Below, one piece after another: positions 40,426 to 50,884 of a DNA stretch of 64,000 nucleotides. Positions within the stretch are counted from its first letter, which is position 1. Each line of letters begins with the position of its first letter. The stretch comes from Candidatus Poribacteria bacterium (GTDB lineage: Bacteria > Poribacteria > WGA-4E > WGA-3G). The DNA lies in assembly GCA_963665235.2 (NCBI GenBank), contig CAXXLX010000001.1, forward strand, positions 3,904,001-3,968,000. The letters are read 5' to 3'. A program made the position numbers and the translations under genes. Under the pieces are notes generated by a model. The model was not told where the DNA came from, ran no database searches, and saw nothing but the letters and a program-made list of their open reading frames with translations.

Positions 40426-41106
40426 GTGATGAAAATGGCAAATTCTATTGTAGAACTCAGAGGATATAAAGATGGGTTGCATCTGATTATCAAACCGAAA
40501 GTGTCTATAAATGAAGTTGAATCAGCAATTCAGAAACTGCTGACCGGCATGAAGCAACCTTTAGATGGAACTTTAGTTCATATTGATATAAAAGCACCCA
40601 CCTTGACACCCGATGAACTGGAATTTTTAACAGGACGCCTCGAGCGAAATTACAACTTGGACATCGGGAATGTCAAGCTGTCTGAGGAAACAGAAGAGGC
40701 TCCGATTTTGGCTGCACCAGCGACCCACAGTATTTCGCGGGGGCTGCCAACCGAGACTCGTGAGAATTTTGAGCAATCACAAGTCGTCCGACAGACAATT
40801 CGATCCGGGCAGACACAACGTTTCTTATCAGGAAGCATAATTATCTATGGCGATGTTAACCCTGGCGGAGAAGTCATTGCTGCGGGGGATGTCGTCGTGC
40901 TAGGGGCACTGCGCGGAAGTGCACATGCAGGGGTGCACGGAAAACTTTCCGCCGTAATTATCGCAATGGAATTAGTCCCCTTGCAGCTTCAAATCGGGTC
41001 GTATGTGAATCGCAACCCCGTGGGACAAAAACCCCGGGGATATCCCGAAATCGCCCGCGTAGGTGCTGAGGATATTATCATCGTTGAGGAATTTATTAAG
41101 TTTTAA
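40426..41106 (+). CDS. minC: Septum site-determining protein MinC
   Basis: TIRSGQ, GDVNPGGEVIAAGDVVVLGALRGSAHAG. Confidence 0.93.
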   Translation: MMKMANSIVELRGYKDGLHLIIKPKVSINEVESAIQKLLTGMKQPLDGTLVHIDIKAPTLTPDELEFLTGRLERNYNLDIGNVKLSEETEEAPILAAPATHSISRGLPTETRENFEQSQVVRQTIRSGQTQRFLSGSIIIYGDVNPGGEVIAAGDVVVLGALRGSAHAGVHGKLSAVIIAMELVPLQLQIGSYVNRNPVGQKPRGYPEIARVGAEDIIIVEEFIKF

Positions 41107-41118
41107 AAGGAGGGAACC

Positions 41119-41919
41119 TTGACTATGGGCAAAGTTATAGTAATCACCTCAGGGAAGGGGGGCGTCGGTAAGACGACATCCACCGCAAACATCGGAACTG
41201 CCCTGGCTATGCTTGGAAAAACAGTGGCGATGGTAGATGCTGATGTCGGTTTGCGAAATCTCGATGTTGTCATGGGCCTAGAAAGCCGCGTCGTTTACAC
41301 CTCTATGGATGTCATTGAAAAACGATGTGCCCTTGAGAAAGCCCTTGTCAAAGACCGACGTGTTGAGAATTTGATGCTACTCGCTGCATCACAGCGAAAC
41401 AAGAAAGACGACATCAAACCGGAGGAAATGAACAATATCTGCGAAAGACTCAAGGAACTCTACGATTTTGTACTCGTAGACTCACCCGCAGGAATCGAGC
41501 AAGGGTTTCACAACGCTACCTCCGGCGCAGATGAAGCACTTATCATCACAACACCTGATGTCTCCGCACTGCGAGATGCCGACCGGATTATCGGACTCTT
41601 GCAACACCAAGATATCGAACCTATCAATCTCGTATTGAATAGATTTTCACCAACCCTCGTCAGAAAAGGGAATATGATCAGCAAAAATGATGTCTTAGAC
41701 CTCCTTGACATTGACCTGCTTGGTATTGTACCAGAAGACTCCGGGGTTATCGCCTCTACCAATCGCGGGGTCCCGCTCGTTCACGTCCCAAACTCCGCTG
41801 GCGCTGAGGCATACATGCGAATCGCACGACGCTTGATAGGGCAAAACGTCCCAATCCCTGAATTACGTGACAAAAATTTGTTCTCCAGCATACGAAACTG
41901 GTTCGCAAGAAGTAGATAA
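41119..41919 (+). CDS. minD: Septum site-determining protein MinD
   Basis: SGKGGVGKTT, DVGLRNLD, DSPAGIE, DADRIIGLL, C-terminal amphipathic helix. Confidence 0.97.
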   Translation: MTMGKVIVITSGKGGVGKTTSTANIGTALAMLGKTVAMVDADVGLRNLDVVMGLESRVVYTSMDVIEKRCALEKALVKDRRVENLMLLAASQRNKKDDIKPEEMNNICERLKELYDFVLVDSPAGIEQGFHNATSGADEALIITTPDVSALRDADRIIGLLQHQDIEPINLVLNRFSPTLVRKGNMISKNDVLDLLDIDLLGIVPEDSGVIASTNRGVPLVHVPNSAGAEAYMRIARRLIGQNVPIPELRDKNLFSSIRNWFARSR

Positions 41920-41928
41920 GAGGTAACC

Positions 41929-42192
41929 ATGGATATCAAAAGCTTATTCAAGCGCAAAACGAAAACAAGCCATATCGCTAAGCAACGTTTGAAGTTGGTT
42001 ATCACACAAGATAGGTTTGATATTAACGAAGAATCGATGAAAAAACTTCAATTTGAATTGACAGAGGTCTTGGCGAGATACTTTGAATTCACTATGAACT
42101 CCGTTCGGATGTCTCTCAAACAGGAAGGCAATTCCTACGTGTTGGTGGCAGATTTTCCGTACAACAAAAAGTTTAATAAATTCACCGCGTAG
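41929..42192 (+). CDS. minE: Cell division topological specificity factor MinE
   Basis: AKQRLKLVITQDR, follows minD. Confidence 0.92.
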   Translation: MDIKSLFKRKTKTSHIAKQRLKLVITQDRFDINEESMKKLQFELTEVLARYFEFTMNSVRMSLKQEGNSYVLVADFPYNKKFNKFTA

Positions 42193-42214
42193 CTCGGCTA
42201 GCTGTGATAATGAA

Positions 42215-43015
42215 TCAAAGAATTAAGTCCCAAATCGCTTTAGCAACGCCGTTCTCGTCATTCGTTGTCGTTACATAATCCGCACAACTTCTGATCGGAG
42301 CAACAGCGTTACCCATCGCTACACCGAACCCTGCCGTTGTAAGCAGGCTTTCATCGTTGTAACTATCGCCAAAAGCGATTACCCTGTCTAAAGGGATATT
42401 CAACCGATTCACAAGAGCTGTCAGGGCTCGCCCTTTGCTGACCATTGGATTCATCAATTCAATGTACTCTGCTTGCGTCTGTGTCACATAAAGCCTCTCC
42501 GCGTAGTTCGTCTTGAACTGACTTAGAAGTGGAGACAATTCCTCAGGCGTGTGTATGATAAGGAGCTTTGTCGGGGTTTCGCCTGCTAACTTCCGCAAAT
42601 CGCCGATAGCTGTAGCCGGTATACCTGTCCGGATTTCGTAGAGGTCGCTCCATGCATTCCGCTCCGCAACGTACAGCTCGTCGTTTAAGCAGAAATTCAC
42701 ATGTAAATTCTGTGCAAGGCAGTCGTTAACTACCGCCATTGCATAGTGAGCTGGAACCGGCGTATGCTCGTAAACTTCCCCCGTCGTAGCATGTTTCACC
42801 ATTCCCCCATTATATGAAATAATTGGGTTTACCAAACCTATTGCAGCACTAATCGGTGCCATCGACCGATGCATCCTTCCCGATACCAACACAACACGAA
42901 TTTCATTCGCCTCAAGCTGCTGAAGCGCGCGCAAGTTCTCTGCTGACAATTTGTGGTCACTGTTTAAAAGAGTGCCATCTAAGTCAAAAGCTGCCAAACG
43001 ACACGGTATTTTCAT
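42215..43015 (-). CDS. Cof-type HAD-IIB hydrolase
   Basis: DLDGTLL, SGR, SKG, FGDSYND, AMGNA. Confidence 0.93.
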   Translation of the reverse strand: MKIPCRLAAFDLDGTLLNSDHKLSAENLRALQQLEANEIRVVLVSGRMHRSMAPISAAIGLVNPIISYNGGMVKHATTGEVYEHTPVPAHYAMAVVNDCLAQNLHVNFCLNDELYVAERNAWSDLYEIRTGIPATAIGDLRKLAGETPTKLLIIHTPEELSPLLSQFKTNYAERLYVTQTQAEYIELMNPMVSKGRALTALVNRLNIPLDRVIAFGDSYNDESLLTTAGFGVAMGNAVAPIRSCADYVTTTNDENGVAKAIWDLIL

Positions 43016-43027
43016 AACTGTTCCTTT

Positions 43028-44146
43028 CTAAAAAATCGCCTGCCCCGTTTCTTTGTCAAATAGATGCATCTCTGCCTCTTCAAAATCTAACCAAATTCTA
43101 TCCTCTACCGCAATCGAAAATGTCGGATGGATTCTGACCCGAATCAGGATAGGCTCTTGCGTTTCCTGCACCGTCCCCAGCCGCAAATCAAGAATATTAA
43201 CCGCCCCAAGCGGTTCAATTAGATGCACATCGGCAGCAATTTTTCGTCCCACCGGGTCTCTATATACTTTTATATGTTCAGGACGGATACCGAAAACTAA
43301 ACTATCGCTCTGAACAGTCGTCCCTAAGCTCGGCTGTTTTTGTGGCGAAAGTTCCAACCAAACATCCGTATGATTCAGATGTAACGCGGGCTGCCCTTCA
43401 TAAGCGGCGAGCTTCGCCTCAAGTAGATTCATCGTCGGCATCCCCATAAATCCAGCAACAAAAAGATTTTCCGGTCTGTTATAGACCTGATAGGGTGTGC
43501 CAATTTGCTGTAGAACCCCTTGATGAATAACTGCAATCCGATCGGCTAGAGACATCGCTTCTACCTGGTCGTGCGTTACGAAAATAGTGGTTGCACCAAT
43601 ATCGTGTTGCAGCCGTTTAATTTCGGCACGCGTGTCAATGCGGAGTTTCGCATCTAAATTCGCCATCGGTTCATCAAGAAGATAAACCTTCGGCTGCCGG
43701 ACCATTGCACGGCCCAGCGCAACGCGCTGCATCTCACCACCACTTAGCACGCTCGGTTTTCTATTCAGTATATCGGTGAGTTGTAAAATCCCTGCAACCT
43801 TTTTGACCCGTTCCTCAATTTCCGATTTTGCAACCTTTACCGCTTTAAGCGGAAACGCAATATTATCGTATACACTCAAGTGCGGATAGAGCGCATAGAA
43901 CTGAAACACAAACGCGATATCCCGGTCTGCCGGGGACAAATCGTTTACGCGCTGCCCATCAATTAGAATATCGCCCTCTTCGGGGTGTTCCAATCCTGCG
44001 ATTAACCGAAGCGTTGTCGTTTTTCCGCACCCGGACGGTCCAAGAAATACGACAAACTCCTTCTCCTCAATTTCAAGGTTGAAATCTCTGACAGCGACGA
44101 CATCACCAAACCGCTTTACAATGTTTTCTAACTTGATATGTGCCAT
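43028..44146 (-). CDS. Sugar ABC transporter ATP-binding protein (MalK-like)
   Basis: GPSGCGKTT, LSGGEMQR, DEPMANLD, GIRPEH. Confidence 0.94.
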   Translation of the reverse strand: MAHIKLENIVKRFGDVVAVRDFNLEIEEKEFVVFLGPSGCGKTTTLRLIAGLEHPEEGDILIDGQRVNDLSPADRDIAFVFQFYALYPHLSVYDNIAFPLKAVKVAKSEIEERVKKVAGILQLTDILNRKPSVLSGGEMQRVALGRAMVRQPKVYLLDEPMANLDAKLRIDTRAEIKRLQHDIGATTIFVTHDQVEAMSLADRIAVIHQGVLQQIGTPYQVYNRPENLFVAGFMGMPTMNLLEAKLAAYEGQPALHLNHTDVWLELSPQKQPSLGTTVQSDSLVFGIRPEHIKVYRDPVGRKIAADVHLIEPLGAVNILDLRLGTVQETQEPILIRVRIHPTFSIAVEDRIWLDFEEAEMHLFDKETGQAIF

Positions 44147-44166
44147 AACTTTCCTTCATGTGAATG

Positions 44167-44975
44167 TCACGGACGATGATTCGTATTCACCGGTGCTTCC
44201 TCATTACCGACAAAACGTTCAATCGTGTTGCGCGTAGCCGGGCTTGTGCGAAAATCGGCAATCCACGGTTCACGAAAGTATGCCAGCTTTTCCCTCGGAA
44301 GGGACGCCAGCACTTCAGGGGGCACACGAAGCCGATGCCAGTGCGTCGCCAGATGTGAGTATGCATTCAGCACAGCGACGCGCGGGGTGTCCCGCTGCCA
44401 CACAGGGCCAGCATGACACAAGTTTTCCGTAAAGAAAATAGCACTCCCCGCTGGACATTCATACGTCATCAGGAAAGGACTCCGTTTTCCTTCCTCTAAA
44501 GACATGTGCTCCGGATGCATCGGAAAGTTTGCCTTATGACTACCAACGATAAAATGCGTCCCGCCATCGTTCTTAGAAACATCTGTCAGCTCAAAAACAA
44601 CCCGCACCATGCCAGCATGAATCCTACCGTTATTGACACGATACCCGAAAATCGGATCGGCTTGCTGCGGCCCCCACCGTGGAGTCCCCCATGTTCCTGC
44701 CCCTTTTCACGCCACACATAAAAACAACTCTCTAATCGAATCTCAGGGCCGATAAGTTGGTGTAAAACTTCAATCACTTTCGGATGGTCAATCAGGACAC
44801 TCGCGGGCCCACCGGGAACGGCTCTATGCTCCGGCGGGAGGGTATCAGGATTGTGTCGCATCCTATCGAGTTGGTCAACAATCGCATCCACTTCGTCCTT
44901 GCTAAGAATCGCCGGACGCACCAAGAAGCCGGTTAAGTCAAAACGAAATTTTTCTTCATCAGTCATTTTTTGCAA
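44167..44975 (-). pseudogene. Phytanoyl-CoA dioxygenase (PhyH) family gene with -1 frameshift near 44671
   Basis: EEKFRFDLTGFLV...LHGGG in one frame, LTDV...GGTHFIVGSHK...ENLCH...R in another; adding one G to the G5 run restores one ORF. Confidence 0.8.
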
Positions 44976-45015
44976 TCTCCTTGCTGAATAGCAAAATGCT
45001 TTTCTCTACAGTTAG

Positions 45016-45843
45016 CTACAACCGTATTTTTTTGAAAGCCTCGATCTGTGCCGTAATTGCTCGCTCGGTTGGAAGACGTTCAGCACTTGACGCGCCGTAA
45101 AATCCAACAACCCCCGTGGTATTTTCCAGAACGTACGCTGCGTCCTCCGGCTCCGCAATGGGGCCGCCGTGGCAAATAACGAGAATCTCTGGGTTGACAC
45201 CTTTCGCAGCATCGTGAATGGTTTGCACCTGTTTCGCTGCGTCCTCAAGTGTGAACGCGGTTTTCGCACCGATGGAGCCCTTCGTCGTCAAACCCATGTG
45301 AGCAACGAGAATATCTGCCCCCGCATCCGCCATCTGCTCCGCTTCTATTTCGTTAAACGCATACGGCGTAGTGAGCAGATTCATCTCATGTGCAGTCCGA
45401 ATCATCTCCACCTCCGGCCCGTATCCCATATCTGTCTCTTCAAGCAGTTGACGAAATGTCCCATCAATTAACCCTACCGTAGGGAAGTTCTGCACACCGG
45501 AAAACCCGATTGCATCTATCTGTTTTAAGAAAACATCCATCAACCGGAACGGGTCTGTGCCGCAAACCCCTGCAAGGACAGGGGTATTTTTGACGACAGG
45601 CAGCACTTCACTTGCCATCTCAACGACAATCTGGTTCGCATCGCCGTAGGGCATCATACCTGCAAGCGAGCCTCTGCCAGCCATACGAAATCTGCCGGAG
45701 TTATAGATGATGATAAGATTTACGCCGCCTGCCGCTTCACATTTGGCGGAAATGCCTGTCCCTGCACCTGCACCGATAATCGGTTTACCGGCATCAATAT
45801 TGGCACGTAATTGGTCTAAAATTTCTTCGCGTCTGAATTTCAT
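45016..45843 (-). CDS. Phosphoenolpyruvate hydrolase-family TIM-barrel protein
   Basis: [41 protein letters not shown]. Confidence 0.9.
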   Translation of the reverse strand: MKFRREEILDQLRANIDAGKPIIGAGAGTGISAKCEAAGGVNLIIIYNSGRFRMAGRGSLAGMMPYGDANQIVVEMASEVLPVVKNTPVLAGVCGTDPFRLMDVFLKQIDAIGFSGVQNFPTVGLIDGTFRQLLEETDMGYGPEVEMIRTAHEMNLLTTPYAFNEIEAEQMADAGADILVAHMGLTTKGSIGAKTAFTLEDAAKQVQTIHDAAKGVNPEILVICHGGPIAEPEDAAYVLENTTGVVGFYGASSAERLPTERAITAQIEAFKKIRL

Positions 45844-45927
45844 ATCCTACATCCTTTTTTAAGTTTTGCTAGAAGCGCGTGTTGAAATTATACCAAAATT
45901 TTGGGTTTTGTGTCATCTAATTTTTCG

Positions 45928-45956
45928 TTGACAATTTGGGTTTGATATGGTATATT
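45928..45956 (+). promoter_or_regulatory. sigma70 promoter
   Basis: TTGACA-N17-TATATT with extended -10. Confidence 0.65.
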
Positions 45957-46032
45957 AGTTTAAGTAGATTGTTACCTTTTCAAAGACGCGTCTGTTTTAG
46001 AGCACCGATAGCACGTGATACGGAGAAAAAAA

Positions 46033-47679
46033 ATGAGAAGTTTTGGCACCGAGGGACGTGTATATCCTGATGAACATTATGTTGTGCCGCGCACATCAGA
46101 AATCGCTGATTTCATTCAGCGCGTCAAAGCTGGTAAGTATATTGTGCTGTTTGCACCACGCCAGACAGGCAAAACCACCTTTTTCCAATTTGCACTATCC
46201 GCGCTTGTCGCAGAAGACCCAACCTATTTCCCGATACAGTTGGATTTTCAAGACCTCCGCAATGTCTCACCTGCCACGTTTTACGAGGAGCTCTACTACA
46301 TGATTCGCGAGCAAATAGAGGTTGTTTTCGAACAGCGGGAGGGCCTTCCTTCTGAGGCATTAGCACGATTTTTGGAAAACACCCAGCTAACCAATCATCG
46401 TTCAATGACGCGATTCTTTAAACAATTGCAGCACCTATTTCAAACACCTATTGTGAGCGCGAATTTACTAGAAAGTGATTCCCATGAACAAGTGATGACT
46501 TTCAAGCGGGTTGTGTTGTTGATTGACGAGTTTGATGGCATCCCGCCAACTGTCGTGAGCGATTTCCTTTATGCCCTCCGCCGAATTTACCTTTCCGGCA
46601 AACCCCGTTGTCCGCACAGTGTGGGCATTGTCGGGGTTAAGAACATCACACAACTGGATTATGATTCCTCTGTCTCACCTTTCAATATCCAAAATGAGTT
46701 CAAATTGCCGAACTTCACAGTTGAGCAGGTCCGTGAGCTGTTTTCACAGTATACCGATGAAACCGGGCAAACGGTCGCACCGGAGGTCCTTCACACACTA
46801 CACAAACAGACTGCCGGGCAACCCTTCCTTGTCAACCGAATAGCACAAATACTCACTGAAGAATTGGGCATTCCCAAAACAGAGAAACTGACACAGGAAC
46901 ACTTTGCCCAAGCACACCAGCGACTCCTACGAGAAGGAAACACCAATATCGATCATTTGAGAACTAATGTCCGCAGAGATAGAGGTTTTGAAAAAATACT
47001 GATGCGTATCGCCTCTTACGACAGAGGTTTGCCTTTTAATCCAGAGGATGAGCTCATGAATAAGTTGGTCACTTATGGGGTCATCGCAGAAGGCTCAGAC
47101 GGTATGTGTGAGATAGTGAACCCGATTTATCAGCATCGCATCCTACTGATGTTCAAACCGACCTTTAACGGACTTGAGGACACCTACTTCCCCAAGGACA
47201 CCGGTGTAGATTTTATTGATTATCTGACCCCGGCCGGTCAGTTGGAAATGAGAGGATTGCTTGATAACTTCAAGGATTTCATCGCCCGCGCAGGATTTCG
47301 TATCCTGTTAGTCCCGGATACACCTCGGGAGTATGTCGGTCAACACCTACTTTACGCATATTTGGATAACTTTGTGCGCGTCGTCGGGGCGGATATGTTT
47401 CTTGAGGTGCAAACCGGACGCGGCAGAATCGACCTGCTTATCCTCCATAACGGAAAAAAATACATCATTGAAACAAAGATATGGGATGGGAACAAGTCCT
47501 ATATCGCAGGCAAAAAACAGCTATCCGCGTATCTTAAATTGGAGAATGCAGTGGAAGGGTATTATATCGTGTTCGATCATCGGGAAACCCCGATGCCGCT
47601 TGTGGAAACAGAAACGATTGATGGGGTGCCCATACGGAGTTATGTCATTCCTGTGGTCCAGGAAAAACCCTCATCATAA
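46033..47679 (+). CDS. AAA-like ATPase with C-terminal PD-(D/E)XK nuclease-like domain, copy 1
   Basis: APRQTGKTT, LLIDEFD, GQPFLVN, GRIDLLI...YIIETK. Confidence 0.88.
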   Translation: MRSFGTEGRVYPDEHYVVPRTSEIADFIQRVKAGKYIVLFAPRQTGKTTFFQFALSALVAEDPTYFPIQLDFQDLRNVSPATFYEELYYMIREQIEVVFEQREGLPSEALARFLENTQLTNHRSMTRFFKQLQHLFQTPIVSANLLESDSHEQVMTFKRVVLLIDEFDGIPPTVVSDFLYALRRIYLSGKPRCPHSVGIVGVKNITQLDYDSSVSPFNIQNEFKLPNFTVEQVRELFSQYTDETGQTVAPEVLHTLHKQTAGQPFLVNRIAQILTEELGIPKTEKLTQEHFAQAHQRLLREGNTNIDHLRTNVRRDRGFEKILMRIASYDRGLPFNPEDELMNKLVTYGVIAEGSDGMCEIVNPIYQHRILLMFKPTFNGLEDTYFPKDTGVDFIDYLTPAGQLEMRGLLDNFKDFIARAGFRILLVPDTPREYVGQHLLYAYLDNFVRVVGADMFLEVQTGRGRIDLLILHNGKKYIIETKIWDGNKSYIAGKKQLSAYLKLENAVEGYYIVFDHRETPMPLVETETIDGVPIRSYVIPVVQEKPSS

Positions 47680-47689
47680 GGAGGAAAAA

Positions 47690-49339
47690 ATGAGAAGTTT
47701 TGGCACCGAGGGACGTGTATACCCTCATAAGCATTATGTTGTGCCGCGCACATCAGAAATCGCTGATTTCATTCAGCGCGTCAAAGCTGGTAAGTATATT
47801 GTGCTGTTTGCACCACGCCAGACAGGCAAAACAACCTTCTTCCGATTCGCACTCTCCGCGCTTGTCGCAGAAGAACCGTCCTATTTTCCAATACAGCTGG
47901 ACTTTCAAGACCTGCGTGATGTTTCACCTGCCACGTTTTACGAGGAGCTCTACTACATGATTCGCGAGCAAATAGAGGTTGTTTTCGAACAGCGGGAGGG
48001 CCTTCCTTCTGAGGCATTAGCACGATTTTTGGAAAACACCCAGCTAACCAATCATCGTTCAATGACGCGATTCTTTAAACAATTGCAGCACCTATTGCAA
48101 GCACCTATTGCAAGCGCGAATTTACTAGAAAGTGATTCCCATGAACAAGTGATGACTTTCAAGCGGGTTGTGTTGTTGATTGACGAGTTTGATGGCATCC
48201 CGCCAACTGTCGTGAGCAGCTTTCTTTATGCCCTCCGCCGAATTTACCTTTCCGATGAGATGCCCTGTCCATACAGTGTCGGTATTGTCGGGGTTAAGAA
48301 CATCACACAATTAGACTACGACTCCTCTGTCTCACCTTTCAATATCCAAAATGAGTTCAAATTGCCGAACTTTACACTCGAAGAGGTGCGCGAACTATTC
48401 GGACAGTATACGGCAGAAGTCGGACAACCCTTCGCACCGGAGGTCATCGACTCCATTCATAAACAGACTTCCGGGCAACCCTTCCTTGTCAATCGGTTCG
48501 GGCAAATACTCACGGAAGAATTAGAGATTCCGAAAACAGAGACGATTACTCCCGAACACTTTGCGAAAGCACATGCACTACTCCTTAAGGAAAACAACGT
48601 CAACCTCAGGCATTTGTCCACAAATATCCGCAGAAACCGACGTTTTGAAACCTTCCTCATGCGTATTATGGCGAAAGATGAAGGCATAGAATTCAACTTA
48701 TACGATGACGTTATCAGCGAGTTAGCCACTTACGGGGTCATTACAAAAGGAGAGGATGATACGTGTGAGATTGTGAACCCCATTTATCTGTATTGTATTC
48801 TAAAAACATTCAAACCTGCCGTGAACGGACTAGAAGATGAATACTTCACCGAAGACACGCCTAGCGGTTTTCTACACTACCTCACGCCTACGGGAGAGAT
48901 TGCGTTAGAGGCATTATTGGACAACTTTCGGGATTTCATTGTGCGTGCGGGTTTCGGGATTCTACAGGTGCCGGATACACCCCGGGAGTCTGTCGGGAGA
49001 TTGCTGCTACTATCCTATCTTGACCAGTTTGTGAAACTTGTCGGCGGGGTGATGCACATAGAGGTGCCAACGGGCCGGGGTCGGATGGATTTGCTGATTA
49101 CGCACAAGCAAAAGAAATATATCGTTGAAACCAAGGTATGGCGCGGGGCGGTATATTATGAGGCGGGCAAGAAGCAGCTGGCCGCGTATATGAAAACAGA
49201 GGGGGCAGTGGAAGGGTATTATATCGTGTTCGATCATCGTGAAACCCCGATGCCGCTTGTGGAAACAGAAACGATTGATGGGGTGCCCATACGGAGTTAT
49301 GTCATTCCTGTGGTCCAGGAACAGCCTTCGTCTGTTTGA
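47690..49339 (+). CDS. AAA-like ATPase with C-terminal PD-(D/E)XK nuclease-like domain, copy 2
   Basis: AGGAGG RBS; same motifs; GRMDLLI...YIVETK. Confidence 0.88.
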   Translation: MRSFGTEGRVYPHKHYVVPRTSEIADFIQRVKAGKYIVLFAPRQTGKTTFFRFALSALVAEEPSYFPIQLDFQDLRDVSPATFYEELYYMIREQIEVVFEQREGLPSEALARFLENTQLTNHRSMTRFFKQLQHLLQAPIASANLLESDSHEQVMTFKRVVLLIDEFDGIPPTVVSSFLYALRRIYLSDEMPCPYSVGIVGVKNITQLDYDSSVSPFNIQNEFKLPNFTLEEVRELFGQYTAEVGQPFAPEVIDSIHKQTSGQPFLVNRFGQILTEELEIPKTETITPEHFAKAHALLLKENNVNLRHLSTNIRRNRRFETFLMRIMAKDEGIEFNLYDDVISELATYGVITKGEDDTCEIVNPIYLYCILKTFKPAVNGLEDEYFTEDTPSGFLHYLTPTGEIALEALLDNFRDFIVRAGFGILQVPDTPRESVGRLLLLSYLDQFVKLVGGVMHIEVPTGRGRMDLLITHKQKKYIVETKVWRGAVYYEAGKKQLAAYMKTEGAVEGYYIVFDHRETPMPLVETETIDGVPIRSYVIPVVQEQPSSV

Positions 49340-49383
49340 AGTTACGGAAACCCATCAGCGCGTGCCTGCTACAAAGACGCACC

Positions 49384-50799
49384 TCAAATCAATTTGCGCA
49401 GCGTCCGAATTAACGTGCTTTCCGAAAACCATTTCCCCGCTACACGCGATATACTGCTTGAGAAGGTTGGATATACGTGAATCATCCGGCTTAGCTTCCG
49501 CAACGGAACGCCTTCCTGCATCGCCAAAACATATTCATGGATGACCTCCCCCGCATTTGAGCCGACCAGATGAACCCCTAATATCCTCCCACGCCACTTA
49601 CTTGCAATAACTTTGGTAAATCCCCGCGTTTCGCCTTCAGCGACCGCTCTATCAACATCTGCCTGTTCAAGTCTGAAAATGTCCACATCCCCATGTTTTT
49701 CGCGTGCCTCTGCTTCTGTCAACCCACATCGGGCAACCTCCGGGTCACAGAACGTCGTCCACGGCACCACCGAATAGTTAATCCTTTTGGAGGCGGGAAA
49801 AAAGATATTTCGTAGGAGCAATTGTGCTTGAAAAGCAGCGACATGTGTGAAGAGGTAATGCCCGATAACATCGCCTGCAGCATAGATGTTTTTGACGCTC
49901 GTCTGGAGCTTGCTATCGACTTCAATCCCGCGTTCACCGATTTTTATACCGATTTCGGCGAGTCCTAAACCTTCAACATTTGGGGCGCGCCCCGTAGCAA
50001 TCAGAATCTTGTCAAAGGTTTGCACCTGTTCAGCCGCTGAAAACTTCACACGGATGCCTTTCGGACATTTCACGATGTTGTCTATAGTCGTATTAAGTCT
50101 GAAAGTGAGCCCTTCCGCGCGGAGATAATCCAGCAGCCTTTCAGAAACCTCGGTATCCTCTTTTGTCAAGGGACGGCCGCTCCGTTGTACTATCGTGACA
50201 TCTGCACCGAGGCGATGAAATGCCTGCCCGAGTTCAACCCCAATCGGGCCGGCACCGACAACGAGCAGCCGTTCAGGTAAAGTCTTCAATTCCCAAACTG
50301 TTTCACTGTCTAGGTAATCACACGTTTCCAAACCTGGCAGTGACGGTGTAACAGGACGCGACCCAGTGCTGATGACAAACTTTTTGCTTTTGAGGGTTCG
50401 GGTTTGACCACTCTCAATATCCTCAACAACGAATGTGTTCGGGGAGTCAAAACTGCCATTTCCGAAGATAACCTCAACCCCGATGTTGCGGAACCGTTCG
50501 GGGTTGTCGTGTTCCGCCTCTATAGCACGTTGTGTGCTTTGTACATACGCCATCACCTGGGAGAATTCAGGTCTCGCTTCAGGTGCTGCAATGCCGTAGT
50601 TGTCAGCGTTCCTGACATAATTTGCAACCTTCGCCGCTTTGAGTAGTGCTTTGGAGGGGACACATCCTGTCCAGAGACAATCGCCACCGATGCGGTGTTT
50701 TTCTACGAGTGCGGTCTTTTTTCCAAGTTTCGCGCCCGCTACCGCGAGGATGAGCCCGGCACTCCCTCCGCCTATAATTGTTAAATCATACGGTTCCAC
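49384..50799 (-). CDS. Pyridine nucleotide-disulfide oxidoreductase (Lpd/MerA-like)
   Basis: GGGSAG, GGDCLWTGCVPSK, GAGPIG, IHVYPT; no MerA C-terminal Cys pair. Confidence 0.92.
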   Translation of the reverse strand: MEPYDLTIIGGGSAGLILAVAGAKLGKKTALVEKHRIGGDCLWTGCVPSKALLKAAKVANYVRNADNYGIAAPEARPEFSQVMAYVQSTQRAIEAEHDNPERFRNIGVEVIFGNGSFDSPNTFVVEDIESGQTRTLKSKKFVISTGSRPVTPSLPGLETCDYLDSETVWELKTLPERLLVVGAGPIGVELGQAFHRLGADVTIVQRSGRPLTKEDTEVSERLLDYLRAEGLTFRLNTTIDNIVKCPKGIRVKFSAAEQVQTFDKILIATGRAPNVEGLGLAEIGIKIGERGIEVDSKLQTSVKNIYAAGDVIGHYLFTHVAAFQAQLLLRNIFFPASKRINYSVVPWTTFCDPEVARCGLTEAEAREKHGDVDIFRLEQADVDRAVAEGETRGFTKVIASKWRGRILGVHLVGSNAGEVIHEYVLAMQEGVPLRKLSRMIHVYPTFSSSISRVAGKWFSESTLIRTLRKLI

Positions 50800-50819
50800 A
50801 CGTTTTCCCCCATCGCAGC

Positions 50820-50884
50820 GGACGAGGAGACCTTGCCCCTACGATTTGTAATCTATAGAGCGGACGAGGAGACCTCGCCCCTAC
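50820..50884 (-). repeat. Two tandem GTAG-REP elements
   Basis: GTAGGGGCGAGGTCTCCTCGTCC twice (one mismatch); one overlaps the TAG stop of the upstream gene. Confidence 0.75.

Noticed and set aside
49384-50799. Mercuric reductase merA
   Set aside because: It lacks the C-terminal Cys pair and any mer operon context.
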